A DNA stretch of 64,000 nt, from positions 62,001-126,000 of the forward strand of contig JBECUI020000024.1 of assembly GCA_040954595.2 (NCBI GenBank). Reading direction: 5' to 3'. Under the pieces are notes generated by a model. That model was not told the origin of the DNA. It was given only the letters and a program-made list of their open reading frames with translations, and searched no databases. Of the stretch, positions 1 to 13,498 are shown one piece after another. The stretch comes from Balanoglossus misakiensis (Eukaryota; Animalia; Hemichordata). Both the position numbers and the translations under genes were made by a program. The stretch's first letter is position 1, and each line of letters opens with the position of its first letter.

Positions 1-1856
1 TGATAGTCCTGTCGACAGCATTGTATGCAGTCCAGAAAAAAGAAAACCCGATGTAAACAAGCAGACGAAATTCAGTCCTGACCTTGGTTCGTGTACAGGT
101 AGCAATAGCAGCCACAGTTCCTGTAGTGATCATAACCTAGCCACAGTTACTAAACTGTTGTTTGAGCATAACAAGCGTGCCGCTTTACCACCGCAATCGA
201 TACCCGTGTTCGATGGGGACCCATTGCAGTATAAATCATTTATACGTGCCTTTCGGCATGGCATAGAATCTAACACTGAAGATCCTGATGATCGTTTGTA
301 TTACTTGGAGCAGTATACACGTGGTGAACCGAGAGAAATAGTGAGCAGTTGCATTCACATGGAAGCGAATGAAGGATACGAAAGAGCCAGAAAATTGCTT
401 GAAACTGAGTTCGGCAATCCATACGTGACGGCCAGAGCCTACACCAAGCAAGCAGAAATCCGAGGATAAGACCGCTTTGAAAGATTTCGCTCTTTTCTTG
501 ACCAAGTGTGAAAATGCTATGAAAGGTGAATCACATCTGAGAGAGCTCAACCACTACAAAAACTTGCAAATGTTGGTTTACAAACTGCCTTTCAAGTTGA
601 GAGACCGGTGGTGCAGCAGAACATACAGTATCGTACAACAACGATCAGTGCAGTTCAAAGATCTTGTGGAATTTGTCAACAGGGAAGCCAAGATAATGTC
701 CCAAGAGGTGTTTGGTAACCTCGCCGGCATTCCATCCAAGGACAAGGGAGCAAAGAACATCAAGAAAGCAACTAGTGGTACACAAAGACGCAACGCCTAC
801 ACAGTCAGCACAGAGACTGTCACTCCGTGTTTGTGTTGTGCAGACAGTACACATGAATTTCAAGACTGTCAAGTGTTTGCCTCCAAGGCTTACGATGACA
901 AGAAACGGCTCATAAAAACAAAAGGGTTATGTTTTGGTTGCCTGAAAGATGGAAAACATATGGTGAAAGACTGTACAAGCAAGCTGACTTGTGAAAAATG
1001 TGGCAAGCTGCATCTGACCGTGTTGCACTTCAACAAAACCAAAGACCAGTCTGGAAAACCCGTGTTAACGAATGTGGGGATGATTGACGCATCATGTAGA
1101 TCTGCGGGGAATGGAGAGTGTGCATATAAACCCGTGATTATTCCCGTCAAGGTCAAATGTAGATCGAGTGGTCTTAGTGTACAAACGTACGCCTTTATTG
1201 ACAACGGCAGTGACACAGTATTCTGTACGGAAACACTTCGTCGACAACTGAACGTCGGTGGTAAGAAAACAAAGATTATGCTGAACACTATCACTGGAAG
1301 TAAATCAGCTGATAGTCGTGTTATCAAGGGTCTAGAAGTTTCAGATCTTGATGAGCATTACATCATCAAACTTCCAGCTACATATACGCAAGAGAAAATT
1401 CCTGCTTCGAAAGATCTCATCGTTACACAAGATGACATTGGCGAGTATCCTTATTTGCGTAAGGTACGCCTGCCTGAGATAGATGCGGAAATAGGCCTAC
1501 TCATCGGTGGTAACGTTCCTGAAGCGTTTGAACCATGGGAAGTGATAAACAGTAATGGAGATGGACCATTTGCCGTACGTACCCGTTTAGGCTGGTTCGT
1601 AAATGGTTTCCTTACGGGGGCTGGCGTGTCAGAAAATGAAACTGCCGCAACAGTCTGTGGAATACAAGTTGGACCGGCGATTGATCAGCAGTTAATCAAC
1701 CTCTTCAATCACGAGTTCAGCGAGCGCATCATAAATGACAAACCCGAAGTTTCGGTTGAAGATAGAAAGTTCATGAGGATTGCGTACGAACAAACGCAGT
1801 TTGTTGATGGTCATTACCAGGTGCCATTACCGTTTCGTGATGACGGTGTTACGATG
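1..1856 (+). pseudogene. gag: BEL/Pao family A gag-protease fragment, tandem copy 1 (window starts inside it; truncated before RT)
   Basis: ORFs 158-469 and 477-1865: IPVFDGDP..Y gag motif, three Cys/His knuckles (CLCC..H..C, CFGC..H..C, CEKC..H), protease FIDNGSDT. Sequence diverges from copy 3 right after GTTACGATG (1856). Confidence 0.9.
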
Positions 1857-3204
1857 TCTGCATAGACAGTATGTACATAGTATGCATAGTGGTGACTGTG
1901 AGGTGTATCTGACAATGAAATCATGGTGTACTACAACAGACTACACTGGTCCAACTCTCCTTTTTCTGACATTGATTGGTAATTTGGCAATTTTTAAAAA
2001 CATTTTTTTTTCTTTTTGATTATTTCTAATTTAAGAATTTTATGTATATTTTTTCAATCAATAAAATTATTGCCAGCCTTATAATTCTACATTTAGTTTT
2101 CTAACTCCATATCTGAATAATCACTGTAATTATTTGTATCATTTTTCATATGCATTTGTTGTACTCTCTTGTAAATCTTCCTCAGGTAATTGGTATTCCT
2201 GTTCTACCTCTTCTATCTCTAGTATGTCAAACGTTTCAAAAGTATCCACCATTTCTTCATTCATAATCATTTCTAGAATTGAATCATCTTCACTTACTCT
2301 GTCAATATAACTTCTACTGGTGTTTTTACCACTTCTAGTGTTTTCACAGTTTGTTATGTATAGTGGTCTTTATGGAGTTTAGAATGTTATTCCTTCCATC
2401 TGTGGCATTTGCCATAGACCTCAGCAGTCTATTTAAAACCAGCAAACTATCTCTACTCTTGGAGGAAAACACAAACGACCCCTTTCTCACCATTATGAAA
2501 AGCTTCACAAAGACAAAGTATGTTGCAGTTAAAAGACTGAAAATGACTATAGAAAAATATGACTTGCATAGACAGACTGATAAATGCCCAATCAGTTACT
2601 ATGCCCAGACTGGACAAAAGCCTTTCACTGTCACTCTGCACAGACAGCCCAGACAAATGCCAGTTCACACACACACACACCCTGCAAAGACTAGACTAAA
2701 TATCAGTTCACAAAAACTCTGCACAGTGCAGACTAGACAATTGTCAGTCAAGCTAAAACCACACAGACTACTCCTACACAGACTGGAAAATGCCTGTTCA
2801 GTAATACTCAAACAATAACAGTTAATGAAATTTACCTTTTTAATTTTTATTGTCAAATAAATACAATATAATATATAAAAGGTAACAACTGAGGAAAGCA
2901 AGATTAATAAAGGAAACTCCTGAATGCAAAAAAGTGTGGGAACTGGCCACCAACCACACTACACGCAGACTCACTAAAAGTAAAACACCGATCGATCAGC
3001 ACAGACGCACTTCTTTCTTCGTTGTCTCCTGAAAGACAAAGAAACAAACTGTAAGGCGTACGATAATTATTGGTGAAGTTCTCAACAAGAGATTTGAGAA
3101 ACACTTGCTCCGGCTTCCACACACACACGACACTGCTGCAACAGTGCACGCCAAGCAAGGAATGATGCTGCCCGGGAAACTTTCCCTCCGGCGCGCTTAC
3201 TTAA

Positions 3205-3550
3205 AGGGACAAAGTCTCTCTCTCGCTGCCCTTTTTCCACTAATTATGTTTGATACAAGACACTGTTTATGTTAATGTACATGTGGATATATAGTAAATC
3301 TACATTCGACCACACACAACTTCCATCCCACTTGTAAGATATGAGAGTAAAAACTCGCCCAAAATGAATAAATGGTAAAGAACGATTATTCATTTTGGCG
3401 ATTTTTTTCACTCTCCTGTCTATAAGAGGGATGGAAGTTGTGTGTGGTTGAACGTTGATTCACTATATATCCACATGTAGAATAACAAACGGTGTCTTGT
3501 ATCAAATATAATTAATGGAAAAAAGGCAGCTAGAGAGAGACTTTGTCCCT
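3205..3550. mobile_element. Fold-back MITE with TTAA target-site duplication (Kolobok/T2-type), copy 1
   Basis: TTAA|AGGGACAAAGTCTCTCTCT ... AGAGAGAGACTTTGTCCCT|TTAA. The 346 bp form an imperfect palindrome with ~165-bp arms. Confidence 0.9.
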
Positions 3551-3694
3551 TTAAGGTCTACGATGACGTCTGGACACCTACTGTCCCATCATTGCGCCAA
3601 AAATCATGTCCAATCAGAGCTCTCAGCAAGAAAATTACGAAATTGGACCGGGACATAATGATCTAAAATAGCTTGCCACAGTCGCGCATTCGCT

Positions 3695-3728
3695 ACTTCC
3701 GGGTATGGATTCCTTCCGCCGCCATGTT
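3695..3728 (-). promoter_or_regulatory. Clustered ETS (CCGGAAGT) and YY1-like (AACATGGCGG) motifs; duplicate at 8546-8579
   Basis: Plus strand ACTTCCGG at 3695-3702 and CCGCCATGTT at 3719-3728. Motif match only. Confidence 0.3.
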
Positions 3729-4170
3729 AGAACACGGTACATACACACATTCAGTAAACAGGCGTTCGCAATTTTTCCGGACCTTGAGCAGACTAAAAAT
3801 ACGCAAATTTCGATAAAACAATAATCAACTCAACGATTTATGTCAATTTTCGATTTTTAAAAACCGGCACTTAGACGCGGGGCAGTGTTGAAAATCACAG
3901 AAAAATCGTGAAAGTCCGTACGGGCACACCACTCGAAACGCGTATAACCTAATTCTTTGGACTAACAATGGCGTGAAATATGATAGAAACAGCAACTTAC
4001 CGGGTATACGTCAGTTTCGGGATGAGAATAATTCTTCTAACGCAGTATTAAGCTGGAAAAGTGAGATTATCGGTACCTCGGGAAAAAATCCTAACGGACA
4101 CATACTTAAGCACGGGGGCGCTGTTCATTTGAAATGATTTTATGCAAATGCATGTAAATTAGGTACCCTG

Positions 4171-6707
4171 AAATCAGACTGAGTAGTATTAATAGCAAGG
4201 CATCTATAATCTAAATATCTGGAACAATATTCCCCTGTCTATAAGAAGTATATACAGTCTGTCACAGTTCAAGTCACAACTACGTAACTTTTTTCACACT
4301 AAATTTATAAATGAAGGTTCATCACTTGATTAGATTTCATGAATGTTTCCGCCATTGCGACTTGATTTGATTTTTTCAGTGTGTTTTTTTTTCCTTGTTG
4401 TATTCATTCTCATTTTGCCTTTGAGGGCTCTGTTGTATATTACAATTCTACTTTGTAACACAGACTACCCTCTTTAAATAAAGCATAATAATAATAATAA
4501 TAATAATAATCGCAGCCGCAGTGAAACGGGCAGAACTGATGACTCGTATGGCAGGTTTGGAGGAAAAACAGAAATTAGACGAATTGGAATTCAAAATAAA
4601 CGAAGAACAATCCAAAATAAACAAACAAAAACAATTGTTGGAAATCAAAACAGAAATTGCTGAACAGAATGCAATAATCGAAGTGTATCGTCATTTGAAA
4701 ATGGTGAAGATGAAAGTAGTTTACAAGAATACAACCTACAAGATCTCTTTAAGACACCCGCTGCATTTCGGGGCAACATCAAGATGAAGAGTTCAAGTGC
4801 TAGCAACTTGGGTAGTTTCCACACATGTGATAGTCCCAACGTTACTAAGTCTGATAGTCCTGTCGACAGCATTGTATGCAGTCCAGAAAAAAGAAAACCC
4901 GATGTAAACAAGCAGACGAAATTCAGTCCTGACCTTGGTTCGTGTACAGGTAGCAATAGCAGCCACAGTTCCTGTAGTGATCATAACCTAGCCACAGTTA
5001 CTAAACTGTTGTTTGAGCATAACAAGCGTGCCGCTTTACCACCGCAATCGATACCCGTGTTCGATGGGGACCCATTGCAGTATAAATCATTTATACGTGC
5101 CTTTCGGCATGGCATAGAATCTAACACTGAAGATCCTGATGATCGTTTGTATTACTTGGAGCAGTATACACGTGGTGAACCGAGAGAAATAGTGAGCAGT
5201 TGCATTCACATGGAAGCGAATGAAGGATACGAAAGAGCCAGAAAATTGCTTGAAACTGAGTTCGGCAATCCATACGTGACGGCCAGAGCCTACACCAAGC
5301 AAGCAGAAATCCGAGGATAAGACCGCTTTGAAAGATTTCGCTCTTTTCTTGACCAAGTGTGAAAATGCTATGAAAGGTGAATCACATCTGAGAGAGCTCA
5401 ACCACTACAAAAACTTGCAAATGTTGGTTTACAAACTGCCTTTCAAGTTGAGAGACCGGTGGTGCAGCAGAACATACAGTATCGTACAACAACGATCAGT
5501 GCAGTTCAAAGATCTTGTGGAATTTGTCAACAGGGAAGCCAAGATAATGTCCCAAGAGGTGTTTGGTAACCTCGCCGGCATTCCATCCAAGGACAAGGGA
5601 GCAAAGAACATCAAGAAAGCAACTAGTGGTACACAAAGACGCAACGCCTACACAGTCAGCACAGAGACTGTTACTCCGTGTTTGTGTTGTGCAGACAGTA
5701 CACATGAATTTCAAGACTGTCAAGTGTTTGCCTCCAAGGCTTACGATGACAAGAAACGGCTCATAAAAACAAAAGGGTTATGTTTTGGTTGCCTGAAAGA
5801 TGGAAAACATATGGTGAAAGACTGTACAAGCAAGCTGACTTGTGAAAAATGTGGCAAGCTGCATCTGACCGTGTTGCACTTCAACAAAACCAAAGACCAG
5901 TCTGGAAAACCCGTGTTAACGAATGTGGGGATGATTGACGCATCATGTAGATCTGCGGGGAATGGAGAGTGTGCATATAAACCCGTGATTATTCCCGTCA
6001 AGGTCAAATGTAGATCGAGTGGTCTTAGTGTACAAACGTACGCCTTTATTGACAACGGCAGTGACACAGTATTCTGTACGGAAACACTTCGTCGACAACT
6101 GAACGTCGGTGGTAAGAAAACAAAGATTATGCTGAACACTATCACTGGAAGTAAATCAGCTGATAGTCGTGTTATCAAGGGTCTAGAAGTTTCAGATCTT
6201 GATGAGCATTACATCATCAAACTTCCAGCTACATATACGCAAGAGAAAATTCCTGCTTCGAAAGATCTCATCGTTACACAAGATGACATTGGCGAGTATC
6301 CTTATTTGCGTAAGGTACGCCTGCCTGAGATAGATGCGGAAATAGGCCTACTCATCGGTGGTAACGTTCCTGAAGCGTTTGAACCATGGGAAGTGATAAA
6401 CAGTAATGGAGATGGACCATTTGCCGTACGTACCCGTTTAGGCTGGTTCGTAAATGGTTTCCTTACGGGGGCTGGCGTGTCAGAAAATGAAACTGCCGCA
6501 ACAGTCTGTGGAATACAAGTTGGACCGGCGATTGATCAGCAGTTAATCAACCTCTTCAATCACGAGTTCAGCGAGCGCATCATAAATGACAAACCCGAAG
6601 TTTCGGTTGAAGATAGAAAGTTCATGAGGATTGCGTACGAACAAACGCAGTTTGTTGATGGTCATTACCAGGTGCCATTACCGTTTCGTGATGACGGTGT
6701 TACGATG
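4171..6707 (+). pseudogene. gag: BEL/Pao family A gag-protease fragment, tandem copy 2
   Basis: Near-identical to copy 1 at offset 4851. Extra 1-bp frameshift near 4695 and LINE insertion at 4212-4511. Confidence 0.9.
4212..4511 (+). mobile_element. 5'-truncated CR1/L2-like LINE 3' end (300 bp)
   Basis: Absent from the paralogous site at ~9055-9062. Encodes LNIWNNIPLSIRSIYSLSQFKSQLRNFF...* (WN.P..IR...SL..FK..L ORF2 C-terminal motif, stop 4331-4333). AATAAA at 4477, (TAA)n tail, flanking ATAATC repeat. Confidence 0.85.
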
Positions 6708-9021
6708 TCTGCATAGACAGTATGTACATAGTATGCATAGTGGTGACTGTGAGGTGTATCTGACAATGAAATCATGGTGTACTACAACAGACTACACTGG
6801 TCCAACTCTCCTTTTTCTGACATTGATTGGTAATTTGGCAATTTTTAAAAACATTTTTTTTTCTTTTTGATTATTTCTAATTTAAGAATTTTATGTATAT
6901 TTTTTCAATCAATAAAATTATTGCCAGCCTTATAATTCTACATTTAGTTTTCTAACTCCATATCTGAATAATCACTGTAATTATTTGTATCATTTTTCAT
7001 ATGCATTTGTTGTACTCTCTTGTAAATCTTCCTCAGGTAATTGGTATTCCTGTTCTACCTCTTCTATCTCTAGTATGTCAAACGTTTCAAAAGTATCCAC
7101 CATTTCTTCATTCATAATCATTTCTAGAATTGAATCATCTTCACTTACTCTGTCAATATAACTTCTACTGGTGTTTTTACCACTTCTAGTGTTTTCACAG
7201 TTTGTTATGTATAGTGGTCTTTATGGAGTTTAGAATGTTATTCCTTCCATCTGTGGCATTTGCCATAGACCTCAGCAGTCTATTTAAAACCAGCAAACTA
7301 TCTCTACTCTTGGAGGAAAACACAAACGACCCCTTTCTCACCATTATGAAAAGCTTCACAAAGACAAAGTATGTTGCAGTTAAAAGACTGAAAATGACTA
7401 TAGAAAAATATGACTTGCATAGACAGACTGATAAATGCCCAATCAGTTACTATGCCCAGACTGGACAAAAGCCTTTCACTGTCACTCTGCACAGACAGCC
7501 CAGACAAATGCCAGTTCACACACACACACACCCTGCAAAGACTAGACTAAATATCAGTTCACAAAAACTCTGCACAGTGCAGACTAGACAATTGTCAGTC
7601 AAGCTAAAACCACACAGACTACTCCTACACAGACTGGAAAATGCCTGTTCAGTAATACTCAAACAATAACAGTTAATGAAATTTACCTTTTTAATTTTTA
7701 TTGTCAAATAAATACAATATAATATATAAAAGGTAACAACTGAGGAAAGCAAGATTAATAAAGGAAACTCCTGAATGCAAAAAAGTGTGGGAACTGGCCA
7801 CCAACCACACTACACGCAGACTCACTAAAAGTAAAACACCGATCGATCAGCACAGACGCACTTCTTTCTTCGTTGTCTCCTGAAAGACAAAGAAACAAAC
7901 TGTAAGGCGTACGATAATTATTGGTGAAGTTCTCAACAAGAGATTTGAGAAACACTTGCTCCGGCTTCCACACACACACGACACTGCTGCAACAGTGCAC
8001 GCCAAGCAAGGAATGATGCTGCCCGGGAAACTTTCCCTCCGGCGCGCTTACTTAAAGGGACACAGTCTCTCTCTCGCTGCCCTTTTTCCACTAATTATGT
8101 TTGATACAAGACACTGTTTATGTTAATGTACATGTGGATATATAGTAAATCTACATTCGACCACACACAACTTCCATCCCACTTGTAAGATATGAGAGTA
8201 AAAACTCGCCCAAAATGAATAAATGGTAAAGAACGATTATTCATTTTGGCGAGTTTTTTCACTCTCCTGTCTATAAGAGGGATGGAAGTTGTGTGTGGTT
8301 GAACGTTGATTCACTTTATATCCACATGTAGAATAACAAACGGTGTCTTGTATCAAATATAATTAATGGAAAAAAGGCAGCTAGAGAGAGACTTTGTCCC
8401 TTTAAGGTCTACGATGACGTCTGGACACCTACTGTCCCATCATTGCGCCAAAAATCATGTCCAATCAGAGCTCTCAGCAAGAAAATTACGAAATTGGACC
8501 GGGACATAATGATCTAAAATAGCTTGCCACAGTCGCGCATTCGCTACTTCCGGGTATGGATTCCTTCCGCCGCCATGTTAGAACACGGTACATACACACA
8601 TTCAGTAAACAGGCGTTCGCAATTTTTCCGGACCTTGAGCAGACTAAAAATACGCAAATTTCGATAAAACAATAATCAACTCAACGATTTATGTCAATTT
8701 TCGATTTTTAAAAACCGGCACTTAGACGCGGGGCAGTGTTGAAAATCACAGAAAAATCGTGAAAGTCCGTACGGGCACACCACTCGAAACGCGTATAACC
8801 TAATTCTTTGGACTAACAATGGCGTGAAATATGATAGAAACAGCAACTTACCGGGTATACGTCAGTTTCGGGATGAGAATAATTCTTCTAACGCAGTATT
8901 AAGCTGGAAAAGTGAGATTATCGGTACCTCGGGAAAAAATCCTAACGGACACATACTTAAGCACGGGGGCGCTGTTCATTTGAAATGATTTTATGCAAAT
9001 GCATGTAAATTAGGTACCCTG
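6708..9021 (-). mobile_element. Probable DNA transposon fragment, copy 2
   Basis: Near-identical to 1857-4170. Confidence 0.4.
8056..8401. mobile_element. Fold-back TTAA MITE, copy 2
   Basis: Duplicate of 3205-3550 with TTAA on both sides. Confidence 0.9.
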
Positions 9022-9071
9022 AAATCAGACTGAGTAGTATTAATAGCAAGGCATCTATAATCGCAGCCGCA

Positions 9072-12000
9072 GTGAAACGGGCAGAACTGATGACTCGTAT
9101 GGCAGGTTTGGAGGAAAAACAGAAATTAGACGAATTGGAATTCAAAATAAACGAAGAACAATCCAAAATAAACAAACAAAAACAATTGTTGGAAATCAAA
9201 AAAGAAATTGCTGAACAGAATGCAATAATCGAAGTGTATCGTCATTTTGAAAATGGTGAAGATGAAAGTAGTTTACAAGAATACAACCTACAAGATCTCT
9301 TTAAGACACCCGCTGCATTTCGGGGCAACATCAAGATGAAGAGTTCAAGTGCTAGCAACTTGGGTAGTTTCCACACATGTGATAGTCCCAACGTTACTAA
9401 GTCTGATAGTCCTGTCGACAGCATTGTATGCAGTCCAGAAAAAAGAAAACCCGATGTAAACAAGCAGACGAAATTCAGTCCTGACCTTGGTTCGTGTACA
9501 GGTAGCAATAGCAGCCACAGTTTCTGTAGTGATCATAACCTAGCCACAGTTACTAAACTGTTGTTTGAGCATAACAAGCGTGCCACTTTACCACCGCAAT
9601 CGATACCCGTGTTCGATGGGGACCCATTGCAGTATAAATCATTTATACGTGCCTTTCGGCATGGCATAGAATCTAACACTGAAGATCCTGATGATCGTTT
9701 GTATTACTTGGAGCAGTATACACGTGGTGAACCGAGAGAAATAGTGAGCAGTTGCATTCACATGGAAGCGAATGAAGGATACGAAAGAGCCAGAAAATTG
9801 CTTGAAACTGAGTTCGGCAATCCATACGTGACGGCCAGAGCCTACACCAAGCAAGCAGAAATCCGAGGATAAGACCGCTTTGAAAGATTTCGCTCTTTTC
9901 TTGACCAAGTGTGAAAATGCTATGAAAGGTGAATCACATCTGAGAGAGCTCAACCACTACAAAAACTTGCAAATGTTGGTTTACAAACTGCCTTTCAAGT
10001 TGAGAGACCGGTGGTGCAGCAGAACATACAGTATCGTACAACAACGATCAGTGCAGTTCAAAGATCTTGTGGAATTTGTCAACAGGGAAGCCAAGATAAT
10101 GTCCCAAGAGGTGTTTGGTAACCTCGCCGGCATTCCATCCAAGGACAAGGGAGCAAAGAACATCAAGAAAGCAACTAGTGGTACACAAAGACGCAACGCC
10201 TACACAGTCAGCACAGAGACTGTTACTCCGTGTTTGTGTTGTGCAGACAGTACACATGAATTTCAAGACTGTCAAGTGTTTGCCTCCAAGGCTTACGATG
10301 ACAAGAAACGGCTCATAAAAACAAAAGGGTTATGTTTTGGTTGCCTGAAAGATGGAAAACATATGGTGAAAGACTGTACAAGCAAGCTGACTTGTGAAAA
10401 ATGTGGCAAGCTGCATCTGACCGTGTTGCACTTCAACAAAACCAAAGACCAGTCTGGAAAACCCGTGTTAACGAATGTGGGGATGATTGACGCATCATGT
10501 AGATCTGCGGGGAATGGAGAGTGTGCATATAAACCCGTGATTATTCCCGTCAAGGTCAAATGTAGATCGAGTGGTCTTAGTGTACAAACGTACGCCTTTA
10601 TTGACAACGGCAGTGACACAGTATTCTGTACGGAAACACTTCGTCGACAACTGAACGTCGGTGGTAAGAAAACAAAGATTATGCTGAACACTATCACTGG
10701 AAGTAAATCAGCTGATAGTCGTGTTATCAAGGGTCTAGAAGTTTCAGATCTTGATGAGCATTACATCATCAAACTTCCAGCTACATATACGCAAGAGAAA
10801 ATTCCTGCTTCGAAAGATCTCATCGTTACACAAGATGACATTGGCGAGTATCCTTATTTGCGTAAGGTACGCCTGCCTGAGATAGATGCGGAAATAGGCC
10901 TACTCATCGGTGGTAACGTTCCTGAAGCGTTTGAACCATGGGAAGTGATAAACAGTAATGGAGATGGACCATTTGCCGTACGTACCCGTTTAGGCTGGTT
11001 CGTAAATGGTTTCCTTACGGGGGCTGGCGTGTCAGAAAATGAAACTGCCGCAACAGTCTGTGGAATACAAGTTGGACCGGCGATTGATCAGCAGTTAATC
11101 AACCTCTTCAATCACGAGTTCAGCGAGCGCATCATAAATGACAAACCCGAAGTTTCGGTTGAAGATAGAAAGTTCATGAGGATTGCGTACGAACAAACGC
11201 AGTTTGTTGATGGTCATTACCAGGTGCCATTACCGTTTCGTGATGACGGTGTTACGATGCCAAACAACAAAGTGGCAGTAGAATATCGGCTTTCTCAGTT
11301 GGGAAAGAAATTTAGAAACAACGATGACTATCGTCAAGAATATACTACCTTCATGGAAAGTATTATAGACAAAGGCTATGCTGAAAGGGTGCCACAGGAA
11401 GAATTGGAAGGCAATCCTGGAAAGAAATGGTATCTTCCCCATCATGGAGTATACCATCCACAGAAACAGAAAATCCGGGTAGTCTTCGACTGTGGTGCAG
11501 AATACAAGGGAACTTCTTTGAACAAGGAATTAATGCAAGGACCGGATCTGACCAGTTCACTTGTAGGAGTGCTTATACGTTTTCGTGAAGAGCGGATAGC
11601 ACTGATGTCAGATATAGAGGCTATGTTCTCTCAAGTTGGCGTGTCGCAAGAAAACCGAGATTTCCAGCGTTTTCTGTGGTGGCCTAATGGTAATGTAGAG
11701 GAACCTCCTATCGAGTACCGAATGACAGTGCACATCTTCGGGGCTACATCGTCACCCAGTTGTGCAAACTTCGCGTTGAAGAAAGCTTCAGACAATACTT
11801 CTGATCTGAGTGTCAAGAACACCATATCTAGAAACTTCTACGTTGATGACATGTTGAAGGCAGCATCAACAGTGATGGAAGGAAAGTCTTTGGCTGAAGG
11901 GCTGACAGACACCTGTAAGAAATCAGGGTTCAAGCTCACAAAGTGGATCAGCAATACGCGTCCAGTTTTGGAAGCAATACCTGAAGAACGAAGGGCGATA

Positions 12001-13498
12001 GAGGTGAAGAACTTAGACTTGGAGCGAGATGACTTGCCAATGGAGCATGCACTCGGTATGCAATGGAACGTGGAATCTGACGAATTCGGATTCAGAAATC
12101 GTACTAAAGAGAAACCAGCGACCAGACGAGGAATTCTGGGAGTGGTTAGTTCATTATACGACCCACTGGGCATGGCAGCACCAGCGCTTCTGCCACCCAA
12201 GATGCTTTTGCAGCAGCTGTGTAAAGCAAAACTAGGCTGGGATGATGATATTCCTGGAAAACAACGCAAAGTGTGGGAGAATTGGTTGAGGGATCTACCG
12301 AAATTAGAAGAGTGTTTCCCAGTACCCAGATGTATAAAGCCCGAGCACTTTGGTGAAGTAGACACAGCTCAGCTACATCACATTGCTGATGCCAGCGAAA
12401 ATGGATATGGCACTGTATCATATCTTAGGTTGATCGACAAAAGCGGAAACATCCACAGCACTTTGATGATGGCCAAAGCAAGAGTGGCTCCATTGAAGCA
12501 AATATCGATCCCACGAATGGAATTAACTGCAGCTACTGTAGCAGTGAGGCTTGACAAACTTCTCAGAAAGGAGATGGATTTGCCAATCAATGAATCCGTG
12601 TTTTGAACGGATAGCAAAACCGTGCTGCGGTACATAAACAACGAAACCACAAGATTTCATGCCTTCGTGGCGAATAGACTAGCAGTGATTCGAGGAGGAT
12701 CAGACCCAGCGAACTGGCGCTACATTAATACCAGTGACAACCCGGCAGATGAGTGCTCTAGAGGTCAGAAAATAGATGCTTTTCTGAAGAACGAAAGATG
12801 GATAGGTGGTCCTGATTTCTTGCGGAAGACACAAGACAAATGGCCAAGTGATAGCTACAATACACAGCTAGATCCAGAAGATCCAGAGGTGAAGAAATCT
12901 GCACTAGTGCATAGAATAGCCTTGAGGTCGGAAGAAGAAACTGTACCCGTGTGTTGGGAACAGTACCTGTTGTTTCGGGAGAACGACAGACGCCTGACAA
13001 AGGGGCGGATCGATCCATGTCCGTTAATGCGGAGGAGACGGTTCAGAAAATGATAGACCACTACTCCAGTTGGTATAAACTGAAGAAAGCAGTGGCCTGG
13101 ATACGTAAAGTGGGTGACACATTGTTGAGATGTGCCAAGAACAAAAGTCGTCGTACAGATGGACCGCATGAGATTACAGTATCGTCGGACGACGCTAGAG
13201 ACTCAAAAGCATTGACACCCAGTATGTTGCTTACTATGAAGGGAGTAGCAACACCCCCTGGTGTGACGGAGAAGAACGACTTGTATGCTGTACACAGATG
13301 GAAGCAAGTGCAGTATCTGTCAGATTTGTATTGGAAAAGGAGGAGAACACCTCCAGAAATGCGTGGCCTTTGGGTGTAATCGTCAAAGTTATGCCTGATC
13401 GGAAAGGGGTGGTGAGACGAGTATTGGTGAAGACCAGATGCAGTGTTTTAGAAAGACCATATGATAAGTTGTGCACATTGTTGGAAGCACAGACTTAG
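9072..13498 (+). pseudogene. pol: BEL/Pao A gag-pol polyprotein with frameshifts and a stop
   Basis: ORF 9880-12606: protease DNGS, WYLPHHGV, KIRVVFD, GPDL, FGATSSP, RT FYVDD, Pao RNaseH DASENGYG and IPRMEL. Stop at 12604-12606. NPADECSRG follows. Only IN C-terminal remnants survive (ALTPSMLL, WPLGVI..PDRKGVVRRV). Confidence 0.9.

Larger units (their letters stand above)
1857..4170 (-). mobile_element. Probable DNA transposon fragment (one terminus at 4170), copy 1
   Basis: Non-BEL sequence ending ...TAGGTACCCTG exactly where BEL gag codons resume. Its reverse complement starts CAGGG, a hAT/P-like terminus. It holds a degenerate acidic minus-strand frame (~2145-2415). The other end is not visible. 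Confidence 0.4.

Noticed and set aside
2351-3158. 155-aa and 84-aa ORFs in the spacer
   Set aside because: Non-ATG starts, low-complexity CAGAC/CA-rich sequence and no motifs; identity between copies only reflects recent duplication.
3551-4109. Possible second TTAA-bounded element (TTAAGGTCT...CATACTTAA)
   Set aside because: No convincing terminal inverted repeat.
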